A DNA stretch of 64,000 bases from Patescibacteria group bacterium (GTDB lineage: Bacteria; Patescibacteriota; Microgenomatia; UBA8517), in contig DASVCV010000001.1 of the NCBI GenBank assembly GCA_036381415.1, positions 1,411 to 65,410 of the forward strand, written 5' to 3'. Shown piece after piece: positions 29,299 through 39,497 of the stretch. The stretch's first letter is position 1. The number at the start of each line of letters is the position of its first letter. Both the position numbers and the translations under genes were made by a program. Below the pieces are notes generated by a model that was given only the letters and a program-made list of their open reading frames with translations, was not told the origin of the DNA and searched no databases.

Positions 29299-30552
29299 TT
29301 ATATTTTCTTGATAATCTCCTGTATGTATATTTTTGATAACCTTAATAATTCTGGATATCTATTGTTGTTTTTTGATGTTTTTACAAAATTTTTGAAGTC
29401 TTCCAAGGCTAATGTGTAATCCTCTTTGCCTCTATAATTTATTAATCCCATGGCAAACTTTATTTGCACTTTAGTTGGATCATCATTTAAGGTTTCTTCC
29501 ATAAATGATTCAGCATCTATCAGTGCCTTTGATGGGATTCGTCTTTTAAAGGCCCTATTGTAATGTCTTAAACCCTGATGAATTTCATCTATAAAAAATA
29601 GTAAAAAACCCATATTGTAAGGCTGGATGGGATCTTTTAAATCTTTTAAACAAACTATTGCTTTTTTTGCATTGTTTTCAATTAAAAAATAATAAATAGC
29701 TAAAAAATTTTTTGCTCTTTTTTCCTTAGGGTTATATTTTATTATTGTATCTAGGTACTTTCGTGTATCAACTATAAATTTCTTGTCACGCTTACGAGAA
29801 TATGTTGTGTATAGAAAATCGCATATTGACAGACTTACTTCTATCGTTCTTTGTGGGACTTTAACTTTCAAGTGCTTAACTGCTTCTATTCCTTTAGTTT
29901 TAGAAATATTATTAAGTTTTTTATCTAGTTCTTCAAATAAGGTATATGCTAACCCTAAATTCCTAGAAACATAAAGGGCAACTCCAATCATATACTCTAA
30001 AGACAAACCCATCCACTCAGTAGTAATTTCAAAACCTAACAAATCATCGTTGGTGGGAAAATACCTTTCTCTGGGAAATATACCAGCAAATTCACTTGAT
30101 AAGAGGTCGCTTAAAATTATAGGAATCGGGTTGTGCACGATACCAGCTTCTAGTTTTAAAGAGTAATTTTTTATACCATTAACATTCCTTTTTGATATGT
30201 GCCCATAAACTATTAAATGGGCCTTATGGCGGCTGACCGCTTTCTGCCAGTTTGTGTTGTCTATTTCTTTAGCTTCTTTGGTATCAAGAGATATTATGTT
30301 AAATAATCCGGCTAGATTTTTTGAGTTAAGGAATTTATTAAGTTCAGATATTAAATCATTGTCTATGTGTTTCTTTTCATCATTATCCTCACTGCTTACT
30401 GCAATTAGTATACCAATTTTATTTCGTGGGTTTTTTTTATTATGATTTATAATTTTACTAAACGAACCAGCCAGAAAGCTTTTTATTTCATCGGGGTCTA
30501 CTTCAAGCGAGGCCTCTGCCCCAGTAGGATTCTTATAAGCAATTTTTACCAT
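29299..30552 (-). CDS. hypothetical two-domain protein in a strongly AT-rich block (likely horizontally acquired)
   Basis: Gene is about 28-30% GC by eye versus about 38% for flanking ychF and the ABC-F ATPase gene. N-terminal alpha/beta region (KIGILIAVSSED...HLIVYGH) plus C-terminal helical repeat region. No family recognised. Confidence 0.55.
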   Translation of the reverse strand: MVKIAYKNPTGAEASLEVDPDEIKSFLAGSFSKIINHNKKNPRNKIGILIAVSSEDNDEKKHIDNDLISELNKFLNSKNLAGLFNIISLDTKEAKEIDNTNWQKAVSRHKAHLIVYGHISKRNVNGIKNYSLKLEAGIVHNPIPIILSDLLSSEFAGIFPRERYFPTNDDLLGFEITTEWMGLSLEYMIGVALYVSRNLGLAYTLFEELDKKLNNISKTKGIEAVKHLKVKVPQRTIEVSLSICDFLYTTYSRKRDKKFIVDTRKYLDTIIKYNPKEKRAKNFLAIYYFLIENNAKKAIVCLKDLKDPIQPYNMGFLLFFIDEIHQGLRHYNRAFKRRIPSKALIDAESFMEETLNDDPTKVQIKFAMGLINYRGKEDYTLALEDFKNFVKTSKNNNRYPELLRLSKIYIQEIIKKI

Positions 30553-30663
30553 TTTTACCTCTTATTTCGGTTATTATAACAGTTAAATCAAAATGTTTTA
30601 TTTGTCGTCTGGAGCAAAAATTCGATTTAATTCGCAAATCCTCAGTTTTTAAAAGTGCGGTGT

Positions 30664-32145
30664 TTAAGTTTCTGCTATTTTATCTAATAAACTGTTGTCC
30701 CAGAATACCATTTTATTTTCAGGCATTAAAAATGCTTTAACCGGTTTTAATTCTTCAACAAATTCTTGGGTGTGGCTTACTATAATCATGGTTCCTTTAT
30801 ATGCTTTTAAAGTATCAAGAATTATTCTTTGAGACATTACATCTAAATAAGTGGTAGGTTCATCCAGAATTAGTAAGTTGTAGTTATTACTTGTAAGTAG
30901 AGCAATTGATAACCTTGTTTTCTCTCCTCCTGAAAGAGATTTTACTTTTTGAAATACTTTATTTCCCATAAAATTAAATCTTCCCAGGAATGGTCTTGCC
31001 TGATAGTCAGGCATGCCAGAACCTTGAGTTATAGTATCAAGAAGTGTTTTTTCTAAATCAAAGGTTTCAAATTCTTGAGAGTAATATCCAATTTTTAAAT
31101 TATAGTTTCTTGATACTTCTCCTTCATCTGGTTTTAACATTCCAACTAAAATTTTAATAAGCGTGCTTTTGCCAGCTCCATTGGGACCAATTAGAGCAAT
31201 CTTTTCTCCTCTAATAATTGAAAAGTTTAAATCTTTAAAAACAACTTTCCCCTCATATGATTTAGTTATATCAAGAGCTCTAATGGGAAGCTCTCCCACT
31301 GGAAGCGGAGTAGGAAGATTTACTTTTATTTTTCTTACCTCCCTTGGGAGGTCAGGAAGTGCTTCTTTTAACTTTTCAAGTCTTTTTTCCAGTTGGACTC
31401 TTTGCCTTACTCCTTTTTCTGATCTATGAGCATATAGACCCACAAGGCTTTCTTCCATTCTTTTAATGTGTTTTTGTTCCACAATTATTTTTCTTTTTTC
31501 CAGTGCATCATGCTCTTCTTTTAATCTTTTAAACTGAGTGTAGTTTCCTTTATATTCCTCTACTTTTTGGTTTTGGTGGTTAATATAGAGAACTTTATCA
31601 ATTGCTTTGTCCATTAGCTCAATATCATGAGAAATAAGAAAAAGACTTTTAGGATACCTACTTAAGAAATTCATTACCCACTTCTTTCCTTCTATATCCA
31701 TGAAGTTGGTTGGCTCATCTAGTAATAGAACGTCTGGTTCAGAGACAAGAGCCCTAGCCAGAGCCAACTTTGTCTTTTGTCCACCACTTAAGCCTTTTGG
31801 AGATTTTGACAAATCAAGATTAGATAGCCCCAGGCTTGTTAGCATTTTCCTATGTTCATGATCTTCTCTTTTGTCTCCTTCATTTAAATAGTCTCTAATT
31901 GTTTTTGCTTTTTCCATTGTTTCATCATACTTAACCTCCTGTGGGACAACAGCAATGTTTCCAATTACTTCTACTTTTCCATCTTGGATGCTTTCCTTTT
32001 GAGTAATGAGGTTAAAAAGAGTGGTTTTGCCTGCACCATTTGGCCCAACAAGTCCTACTTTTTGGTTTTCACCAATGGTAAAGCTCACCTTGTCTAAAAG
32101 AGGCTTATCTGTATAGGCAAAACTGAGAGAATTAACTTTTAACAT
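30664..32145 (-). CDS. ABC-F family ATPase (two tandem ABC domains, no TM)
   Basis: Two Walker A motifs (GPNGAGKTT, GPNGAGKST) and two LSGG signatures. Confidence 0.85.
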   Translation of the reverse strand: MLKVNSLSFAYTDKPLLDKVSFTIGENQKVGLVGPNGAGKTTLFNLITQKESIQDGKVEVIGNIAVVPQEVKYDETMEKAKTIRDYLNEGDKREDHEHRKMLTSLGLSNLDLSKSPKGLSGGQKTKLALARALVSEPDVLLLDEPTNFMDIEGKKWVMNFLSRYPKSLFLISHDIELMDKAIDKVLYINHQNQKVEEYKGNYTQFKRLKEEHDALEKRKIIVEQKHIKRMEESLVGLYAHRSEKGVRQRVQLEKRLEKLKEALPDLPREVRKIKVNLPTPLPVGELPIRALDITKSYEGKVVFKDLNFSIIRGEKIALIGPNGAGKSTLIKILVGMLKPDEGEVSRNYNLKIGYYSQEFETFDLEKTLLDTITQGSGMPDYQARPFLGRFNFMGNKVFQKVKSLSGGEKTRLSIALLTSNNYNLLILDEPTTYLDVMSQRIILDTLKAYKGTMIIVSHTQEFVEELKPVKAFLMPENKMVFWDNSLLDKIAET

Positions 32146-32206
32146 ACTAGAGATATATTATATATCAAACTCATCCATCCTTAATTGAAATTTTCTAAAG
32201 TAGAAA

Positions 32207-32629
32207 TCAAGAAGCAGACTCAGATTTACCCTTTAATTTATTAAGAAGCAATCCAAGAGTAAAGACGGCAATCATAATTATCTGGCAGCCAATGCAGACT
32301 GGACAAACTACATAAAGCTGGAATAATTCTACATATGCAAGGTAAAGACAGAATAAAAGACCAAAGGTTGCCATTACCAAAAGAAGCTTTTTATTTTTAA
32401 TTACAGCTGCTATGAAAATAACAATGTAGCCAACAAGCCCAATTAAAGGAGTTGGAATGCCAAAGGTTTTAGATACTACACCTGATATTACTGCATTGCA
32501 GTTTATTGTGCTATTTATATTACACGGCTGAAATGCAGGATGAAAAAACTGTTCCCAAAGAAGAAAGAGTGCTAGAAATATACCTGCAAGCGACAATATC
32601 TTTACCCAGAAAAACATTTTTCTTTCCAT
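32207..32629 (-). CDS. VKOR-family membrane thiol oxidoreductase (paralog)
   Basis: Loop Cys pair CNINSTINC, then FGIPTPLIGLVGY, then a CPVC CxxC in the last TM. Confidence 0.5.
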   Translation of the reverse strand: MERKMFFWVKILSLAGIFLALFLLWEQFFHPAFQPCNINSTINCNAVISGVVSKTFGIPTPLIGLVGYIVIFIAAVIKNKKLLLVMATFGLLFCLYLAYVELFQLYVVCPVCIGCQIIMIAVFTLGLLLNKLKGKSESAS

Positions 32630-32722
32630 ATCATTTATATAGTAGTTCCCTTAGATAGAAGAGTCAATATTGGAAGTGTTAATTATTTATTAAATAGGAG
32701 AAGAATAAGTTATAATTATAAA

Positions 32723-33256
32723 ATGCTTGAAACTGCTACTTTAGGAGGAGGCTGCTTCTGGTGTACTGAGGCTATTTTTAAAAGACTTAAGGGGGTTGAA
32801 TCAGTAGTAAGCGGATATGCAGGAGGAGAAAAAGAAAATCCAACCTATCAGGAAGTCTCTAGCGGGAAAACTGGATACATAGAAAGCATCCAAATTAAAT
32901 TTGATCCTTCTACTATTAGCTATGAACATATACTGGATATTTTTTGGGCAACACATGATCCAACAAGTAAGGATAAGCAGGGAGCAGATGTGGGAAGCCA
33001 ATATAGATCTGTAATCTTTTACCATAACGAAGAACAAAGAAAAAAAGCACAGGAATCAATGGAAAAAATTCAAGGTGCAGTAACTCAAATAACAGGTTTC
33101 AAAAATTTCTACACAGCAGAAGAATATCACCAAAATTTTTATGATAAAAATAAATCAACCAATATGTACTGTTCACTTGTCATTGATCCTAAAATTAAAA
33201 AACTTTTAGATAAATTTGGTAAAGATGTAAAAGAAGAATATAAAGAGACTAGTTAA
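32723..33256 (+). CDS. msrA: peptide methionine-S-sulfoxide reductase MsrA
   Basis: GGGCFWC active-site motif at the N-terminus. Confidence 0.9.
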   Translation: MLETATLGGGCFWCTEAIFKRLKGVESVVSGYAGGEKENPTYQEVSSGKTGYIESIQIKFDPSTISYEHILDIFWATHDPTSKDKQGADVGSQYRSVIFYHNEEQRKKAQESMEKIQGAVTQITGFKNFYTAEEYHQNFYDKNKSTNMYCSLVIDPKIKKLLDKFGKDVKEEYKETS

Positions 33257-34022
33257 CTTCAAGTTTCGTAAATAACTTATCAATATCTTTTCCTGAGGCT
33301 TCCCAAAGTTCATTAAATTTTGGTACATAATCTTTTAAGTGAGGATATCCTGATGCTGACTGTTTTGTAGTTGCTTTCCCCCATTCATCGCCTGATAAAA
33401 CTACTATATTGAAAATTTCCGACAGTTCCCATAATGGTATTTGAAATTTTCCTTCAAGTTTTTCTTCCATTTCTCTTTCTAATGTATTTGTCATGTCAGG
33501 CAAATATCTTTTTCTAACATAATCATAGAAAATAAAGTGGAGCAATTCATGAGATGCGATTCTTATTCCTCTTTCAGTGGTATCAGATGAAAACTGGAAT
33601 GTTTTGGTATTTAAGTACCTGGGATAAGGAGGGCTTATGGTTAAATATCCTTTATACTCACCTTCCGGCCAAACCATATCTTTAAAAATTTTACCTGCAA
33701 CTTTAAAAAATTGGGGTGAGTAATCAATCCATTCTTTATTTATTTTTTCCACTAAGTTATCTAAATCTTGAGCATGTTCCTGATAATAGCTGTGAACATA
33801 GTCCTTAAGTTTTTCTAACCTATCTTCAGGGTCAAGCTTTTCATAACCCATTAGCTGCGGGTGTGTTTTGGGAAGCATTTCTTTAAAATTAGCACCCCCT
33901 CTTCTTTTTTCGTGAGTTAGAAATTTGTCTAATTTTATTACATCCAATTCTTCGTTAAGAAGAAATTCTACTTTTGGAAAATCACTGGTTGGTTTTTCTT
34001 TACTATTTCCTGAGTCTTCCAT
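33249..34022 (-). CDS. hypothetical protein with HExxH motif (possible zinc metallopeptidase)
   Basis: IASHELLHFIF motif. Overlaps the msrA 3' end by 8 nt. Confidence 0.4.
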   Translation of the reverse strand: MEDSGNSKEKPTSDFPKVEFLLNEELDVIKLDKFLTHEKRRGGANFKEMLPKTHPQLMGYEKLDPEDRLEKLKDYVHSYYQEHAQDLDNLVEKINKEWIDYSPQFFKVAGKIFKDMVWPEGEYKGYLTISPPYPRYLNTKTFQFSSDTTERGIRIASHELLHFIFYDYVRKRYLPDMTNTLEREMEEKLEGKFQIPLWELSEIFNIVVLSGDEWGKATTKQSASGYPHLKDYVPKFNELWEASGKDIDKLFTKLEVN

Positions 34023-34062
34023 CTGTATTATTTTACACTACATTAACTGATATAATTAAAAA

Positions 34063-34449
34063 ATGAAAGTTGATGATTTGAAAAAGAAATTGACAAAAGA
34101 GCAATACAATGTCTGTTTTCTTAAAGGAACAGAACCTCCTTTTTCAGGTAAATATACAAATAACCATGAAGAAGGAATGTATGAATGTGTTGTATGCGGT
34201 ACTCCCCTTTTTTCATCCAACTCAAAGTTTGATTCAAAAACCGGCTGGCCTTCATTTGATAAACCAGTAGTAAATGAAAACATTGACTTTAGCGAAGATA
34301 GCTCAATGGGAATGAGAAGAATTGAAGTAATGTGCAAAAAGTGCGGCTCCCACTTAGGACATGTGTTTGATGATGGACCAACAAAAACAGGAAAAAGATT
34401 CTGCATTAATTCACTTTCACTTAACTTCGTAGCTAAGAAAAAGGAATAG
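34063..34449 (+). CDS. msrB: peptide methionine-R-sulfoxide reductase MsrB
   Basis: CVVCGTPLF...CKKCGSHLGHVF zinc and catalytic motifs. Confidence 0.9.
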   Translation: MKVDDLKKKLTKEQYNVCFLKGTEPPFSGKYTNNHEEGMYECVVCGTPLFSSNSKFDSKTGWPSFDKPVVNENIDFSEDSSMGMRRIEVMCKKCGSHLGHVFDDGPTKTGKRFCINSLSLNFVAKKKE

Positions 34450-34498
34450 AAAAAAGTTTCTCTTGAGTTGGTTGACAGATAATGCTAGAGTTATTTTA

Positions 34499-34717
34499 AT
34501 GACTAAACAAATTGCACTTCTACTTATTTTAGGAATGTCTGTCTGTGGAGTACTCTTCTCGGGATATCTTTCATACAGAGAAATTTTTGGATCAGGCGGA
34601 TGCAAGAGTGGCAGCTGCAAGAATAAGATAATGAGAGTGCCTGTATGCGTGTATGGACTTATTATGTATTTAGTTGTCTTTATGCTTGCACTTCTTGGCA
34701 CACAGGCACTTTATTAA
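34499..34717 (+). CDS. small 2-TM membrane protein resembling the N-terminal half of a VKOR core
   Basis: SGYLSYREIFGSGGCKSGSCKN...RVPVCVYGLIMY matches the VKOR TM1-loop(Cys pair)-TM2 pattern. It lacks the CxxC TM. ATG at 34499; the ORF track starts at an upstream TTG at 34463. Confidence 0.35.
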   Translation: MTKQIALLLILGMSVCGVLFSGYLSYREIFGSGGCKSGSCKNKIMRVPVCVYGLIMYLVVFMLALLGTQALY

Positions 34718-34723
34718 TCTTTC

Positions 34724-35173
34724 TTATTTAGCCGGGCTGGGTGAGGGCCCCGGACTTCCAAACATACGAATTACAGGGTTAATCTGTATGTTTTGAGCAG
34801 TCACGCTTCCATCAGGATTTGTACTTCCAAAAACTGCAACTTTTGTTCCTGTAGCTAGGTCTTTTGTTTGTGCAGGATCTGTTTTTTCTACAGTAGTATT
34901 TCCTGACAAAAATACTATTTTTGTACTTCCATCACTCATTTTTACCGTAATGCTTTTGTCATCTGCACTTATTACTTCACCTGATACTGGCCTTAGGGCC
35001 TGAAAATTTCCATTAGCATTCCCGCCAAATCTGACTCTTTGTTGACCAGGTATAAACTGAGTGTTTACTCCCTGAACTTTCCCCTGCTGGAACTTAGTTC
35101 CACCAAAGAAACCTACTCCTAGTCCAACTATTAAGAAAACTGCAGGTATTAAATACTTTAAATATTTCTTCAT
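34724..35173 (-). CDS. secreted/anchored hypothetical protein at the end of the efflux operon
   Basis: Signal/TM sequence, Gly/Pro/Ser-rich tail. Confidence 0.4.
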   Translation of the reverse strand: MKKYLKYLIPAVFLIVGLGVGFFGGTKFQQGKVQGVNTQFIPGQQRVRFGGNANGNFQALRPVSGEVISADDKSITVKMSDGSTKIVFLSGNTTVEKTDPAQTKDLATGTKVAVFGSTNPDGSVTAQNIQINPVIRMFGSPGPSPSPAK

Positions 35174-35188
35174 ATATAATCACCCCCT

Positions 35189-36412
35189 TTATTCATATCT
35201 TAGTGCTTCTATAGGTTGTAAATTGGCTGCACGTCTTGCTGGATACCATCCAAAAAGAATTCCGATTCCACCTGAAACTATGATTGCAACAAGAATAGAC
35301 TGAAGAGAAAGTGTAAATGGAAGATTAATTAAATTTGATATTAAATAAGATGCAGCAATACCAATTATCATTCCAATTACTCCTCCTGCAACTGTAAGAA
35401 TGATAGATTCAACTAAAAACTGAGTAATGATGGACTTCTTTTTAGCACCAAGTGCTTTTCTTAAGCCAATTTCTCTTGTTCTTTCTGTTACTGTAACAAG
35501 CATTATATTCATGATTCCAATGCCACCTACAAGAAGTGAAATTGCAGCAATTCCTGATAACAGTGCAGTAAAAGTGCCAGTTATTGCTGAAGCTGCTCCT
35601 AGGATGTCATTTTGGGAAAAAATGGTAAAGTCTGCAAGAGCAGGATCTGATAGTTTGTGCTTATTTAGCAGATAGTATCCAACCTCATCCTGGGCCTGGG
35701 TCATTACATCTTCACTCTTTGCTTCTACTGAAATGGAAGTTACATAATCCACTCCAAAAAGCTGTTTTTGAGCAGTAGTAAGCGGGACATAAACAATATC
35801 GTCCTGATTTTGGAAACCAGATCCACCTTTTGAAGCTGTAATACCTATTATTCTAAAGGATTGGCCATTAATTCTTACAGGCTCTCCTATTGGGTTTGCC
35901 CCGTCTCCAAATAAGTTAGTAACCACAGTTGGTCCAAGTACTGCAACTTTTGTCATACTTGCTACATCTCTACTTGTGATGAAAGATCCTTGGGATATTT
36001 CCATCTTTCTTACTTCAGAATAAGCAGGAGTTGCACCTATTACCTGAGTGTTGGTGTTTGCTTTGCTGGTTGTAACCTGTGTTCTTCTTGAAACTTCAGG
36101 AGATACATTTTTGACTGTTGTTATATCAGGTGCTGTCAAAATTCCTAGAGCATCTGAGTAAGTAAGAGTTGTTGCTCCGCCTGCAGCTCCTCTAACAAAT
36201 CCTGAGCTAATTGCACCTGGAATAACTGTTAAAAGGTTTGATCCTAATGACTGAATTTGAGAAGTAACAGCTGCCTGGGAAGACTGCCCTAAGGAAACTA
36301 ATGCAATGACGCTTCCAATTCCAATAACAATACCAAGAGTGGCAAGGCCGGTTCGCAATTTGTTGTGAGTGAGAGTACTTACTGCTTCACTTATTAGTTC
36401 ACGGATGTCCAT
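35189..36412 (-). CDS. ABC transporter permease, MacB/FtsX family
   Basis: Four-TM FtsX-like permease with a large periplasmic domain. 1-nt overlap with the ATPase gene. Confidence 0.8.
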   Translation of the reverse strand: MDIRELISEAVSTLTHNKLRTGLATLGIVIGIGSVIALVSLGQSSQAAVTSQIQSLGSNLLTVIPGAISSGFVRGAAGGATTLTYSDALGILTAPDITTVKNVSPEVSRRTQVTTSKANTNTQVIGATPAYSEVRKMEISQGSFITSRDVASMTKVAVLGPTVVTNLFGDGANPIGEPVRINGQSFRIIGITASKGGSGFQNQDDIVYVPLTTAQKQLFGVDYVTSISVEAKSEDVMTQAQDEVGYYLLNKHKLSDPALADFTIFSQNDILGAASAITGTFTALLSGIAAISLLVGGIGIMNIMLVTVTERTREIGLRKALGAKKKSIITQFLVESIILTVAGGVIGMIIGIAASYLISNLINLPFTLSLQSILVAIIVSGGIGILFGWYPARRAANLQPIEALRYE

Positions 36413-37128
36413 TACTTTTTAGCCTTTCTATTTAAATTTATTTTTCTTTGTCTGTGGCCATTTCCATCTTTAACGATTTTGCCGTCTTTGACATGAATAA
36501 TTCTTTTGGCGTGCTCGGCAATATCAGGCTCATGAGTGATCATTACAATAGTATGTCCCTCTTCATTTAGCTTTTGAAAGATTGCCATAACTTCTTCAGC
36601 CTGAGCTGAGGCAATATTTCCAGTTGGTTCATCAGCAAGAATTATGGCTGGATCCATTACAAGAGAACGGGCAATGGCAACTCTTTGCTGCTGCCCGCCT
36701 GAAAGCTGGCTTGGGGTATGGTCCATTCTGTCCCCTAGACCAACCATTTTTAAATACTTTGCTGCAACCTTTTCTCTTTTGTCTTTGGAAATGCCTCCAT
36801 AGATCATGGGGAGGATTACATTTTTAATTGCAGAAGTTCTAGGAAGAAGGTTAAATGCTTGAAATATAAATCCTATTTTTTTATTTCTAATATCAGCAAG
36901 CTCATCATCTTTGAGATTGCCTATATTCTGTCCATCTAAAATATATTTTCCAGAAGTTGGCAAATCAAGAGCTCCAATAATGTGCATTAGTGTGGATTTG
37001 CCACTTCCTGAGGGGCCCATTATGGCAACGAACTCACCTTTTTTAATGTTAAAGGAGACGTCATCTAAGGCAACTGTAGTCACCTCATCATTTTTGTAGA
37101 TTTTAGACAGATGAGTAATTTGTATCAT
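36412..37128 (-). CDS. ABC transporter ATP-binding protein (MacB/LolD-type)
   Basis: GPSGSGKST Walker [16 protein letters not shown] signature. Confidence 0.9.
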   Translation of the reverse strand: MIQITHLSKIYKNDEVTTVALDDVSFNIKKGEFVAIMGPSGSGKSTLMHIIGALDLPTSGKYILDGQNIGNLKDDELADIRNKKIGFIFQAFNLLPRTSAIKNVILPMIYGGISKDKREKVAAKYLKMVGLGDRMDHTPSQLSGGQQQRVAIARSLVMDPAIILADEPTGNIASAQAEEVMAIFQKLNEEGHTIVMITHEPDIAEHAKRIIHVKDGKIVKDGNGHRQRKINLNRKAKK

Positions 37129-37156
37129 ATGGCATTTTAATTGTTTAACTTACTAA

Positions 37157-38434
37157 CTAGTTACCTCTTCTTATAACTGCATTGCCTCCACCTGCCGGGG
37201 CTGTAGTTCTAAAAGTTGCCCCTCCTCCAAATCCTCCACCAAAGACAGAGGTTGTTCTAGTTCCAGTTGATGCCACTGTTCCTGTTACAACTTCATCTCC
37301 TTCCTGCAATCCTGAAACTATTTCTATCTGGGTGTCTGAAGACAAACCAGTTGTTACTTCAACATTTTCTACTTGGCCATTTTTAAGGACCCTGACAGTT
37401 GATGCTCCACTTTGTGTTTGAACTGCAGAAGTAGGAGCAATTAAGATATCGCTTTTAGTCTCAATTATTATGCTTGCAGTTGCAGACATGTTGGGAAGAA
37501 TTAGATCTGAAGTTGTGTCTAGGATAATAATTGCCGGATAACTTGTAACATTATTTGAAATTGCTCCAGTTTTATCTACTGCAACTACTTTGCCAGTAAA
37601 AGTCTTATCAGGAATACTGTCAAATGTGATTGTTGCCTTTTGACCTATTTTTACTTTAGGAACATCAATTTCAGCTAAGTTAAAGGAGAGAATGGGATTA
37701 GCTGCACTTTTAATGATGCCTAGCTTGGTTGAGGTTGAAGCACCAGTTGATGCAGAACTGGAATCTGACCCTACTATCATTCCTTCTACTAGACCGGTAT
37801 TTGAAAACACACCAGTTGATGGAGCAACAACAGAAGGTGAAGTTTGCTGATAGCTATACCAGGCGCTTGTTACAGATGATGTGGCTTGCGAAATCACATT
37901 TTGCTGGTTGTTATAATTTGCCTGGGCAGCCAGCCAAGTGGCATTTTCCTGGATATAGGTTGGGTCATCAGTTGCTAAATCACGGGCTACTGCATCATTG
38001 ATAAATTTTTGATTTGCTGCAAAGGAGGAAGCCTGCAGGGTATACAAATTTGTTTTGGCTGATTCCAAAGAATTTTTTGATGCAAGATAGGAAGACCAGG
38101 CCTGGGCATTTTTTTGCTGGCCTGACTGGTCTAGGGTGATATCTGCCAGTTTTTGGCCTGCACCTACTCTGGCCCCATCTTTTACATATACTTTTTTGAT
38201 TATTCCACTGGCTCCTGATGTAACTTCCATGACATTTGCAGTATTTACTTTTCCTGAAGCAGTAACTGAAGCAACAATTGTTCCTTTTTCAACTTGCGAT
38301 GTGGTGTACTGGGGAGCAGCTGTTTTTCCCCTACCTCTAAGAACTAAAAATAAGACTAAGAGAACAACCCCTAAAACAATTAGTCTTTTTTTATCTTTCC
38401 TAAACCACTTAATGATGCTTTTTAGCTTTGCCAT
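37157..38434 (-). CDS. efflux periplasmic adaptor subunit (MacA/HlyD family) with Gly-rich C-terminal tail
   Basis: N-terminal TM, coiled-coil, biotinyl-lipoyl-like and beta-barrel regions. C-terminal GGGFGGG tail. Confidence 0.7.
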   Translation of the reverse strand: MAKLKSIIKWFRKDKKRLIVLGVVLLVLFLVLRGRGKTAAPQYTTSQVEKGTIVASVTASGKVNTANVMEVTSGASGIIKKVYVKDGARVGAGQKLADITLDQSGQQKNAQAWSSYLASKNSLESAKTNLYTLQASSFAANQKFINDAVARDLATDDPTYIQENATWLAAQANYNNQQNVISQATSSVTSAWYSYQQTSPSVVAPSTGVFSNTGLVEGMIVGSDSSSASTGASTSTKLGIIKSAANPILSFNLAEIDVPKVKIGQKATITFDSIPDKTFTGKVVAVDKTGAISNNVTSYPAIIILDTTSDLILPNMSATASIIIETKSDILIAPTSAVQTQSGASTVRVLKNGQVENVEVTTGLSSDTQIEIVSGLQEGDEVVTGTVASTGTRTTSVFGGGFGGGATFRTTAPAGGGNAVIRRGN

Positions 38435-38477
38435 ACAGTGAAATAGTATACTCCATTTCTGAGAGGAAACTGAAAAA

Positions 38478-39497
38478 TTAGATTACTACTCTAAAGGTAG
38501 ATCCTTCGGATATTTTACTTTTAACTTCAATTTTTCCTTTATGAAGGTCTACTATATTTTTGGCAATAGATAATCCTAATCCATATCCATCTACTTTTTC
38601 TTTACTGCGTGATGCATCAGCTCTATAGAATCTGTCAAAAATATGCGGGATATCTTTTTCTCTCATCCCTCTTCCAAAATCTTTTACTTCAAGTACGGAG
38701 TGGTTTGCCGCTTTAGCAGTTCTTACAATAATTTTTGAATTATTACTGCTGTATTTGATTGCATTGTCTAAAAGTATGACTGTAAGTTCTACAAGAGATT
38801 CTTTGTTTGCTTCTACATATACCTTATTTAATTTTTTCTCGATTGTTATGTTTTTTGTATCTAGTAAAGGAAGGACCCTTTTAATTGCAATCGCTGCAAC
38901 ATCTGCAAGATTAACTTTAGAGAAAGGAAAAGAAGAAGAGTTGGCTTGATATTTATTTAAAGTAAGAAGGTAGTTGGCTAGGCTTTGGATTTTATTTACT
39001 TCCTCTAAGTTACTTGTGAGAACCTCTCTTGCCTCAACTATTTTCATTTTTTTGTCTCTTAAAGACACTTCAATTTCTGATTTTAAAGCAGAAAGAGGTG
39101 TGCGAAGTTCATGGGAAGCATCAGCAGTAAATCTTTTTTGCTCTTCCATCATATTTTCAATGGGAAGAAGTGTTCTTCCAGCCAAAAAGTAGCCTGCAAA
39201 TCCAGAAGCTGCAATAACTGCAAAGTCTATTGCTACAATTGCTAAGGCCAAACGTTTTTCTGATTCCTCAATGACTCTGTTTTCTTCATCTATCATTTGC
39301 TGAATCTGAGTGGGAGTTAAAGTAAAGATTGCTTCAGGAAAAAAAGGGAGATTTCCTGATCTTATTGTTTCTACTCTTACTATCCTCCCTATTTCATGGG
39401 AGAGCATGTTGTAAATTGCAAAGGAAAAAAGTCCTGTGATAACAGCAATAATTACAAGATACCAGAGAGTTAATCTAATACGGGCTGATCTAAACAT
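38478..39497 (-). CDS. two-component sensor histidine kinase
   Basis: Two TM helices, HisKA H-box DASHELRTPLS, HATPase_c. Confidence 0.85.
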   Translation of the reverse strand: MFRSARIRLTLWYLVIIAVITGLFSFAIYNMLSHEIGRIVRVETIRSGNLPFFPEAIFTLTPTQIQQMIDEENRVIEESEKRLALAIVAIDFAVIAASGFAGYFLAGRTLLPIENMMEEQKRFTADASHELRTPLSALKSEIEVSLRDKKMKIVEAREVLTSNLEEVNKIQSLANYLLTLNKYQANSSSFPFSKVNLADVAAIAIKRVLPLLDTKNITIEKKLNKVYVEANKESLVELTVILLDNAIKYSSNNSKIIVRTAKAANHSVLEVKDFGRGMREKDIPHIFDRFYRADASRSKEKVDGYGLGLSIAKNIVDLHKGKIEVKSKISEGSTFRVVI

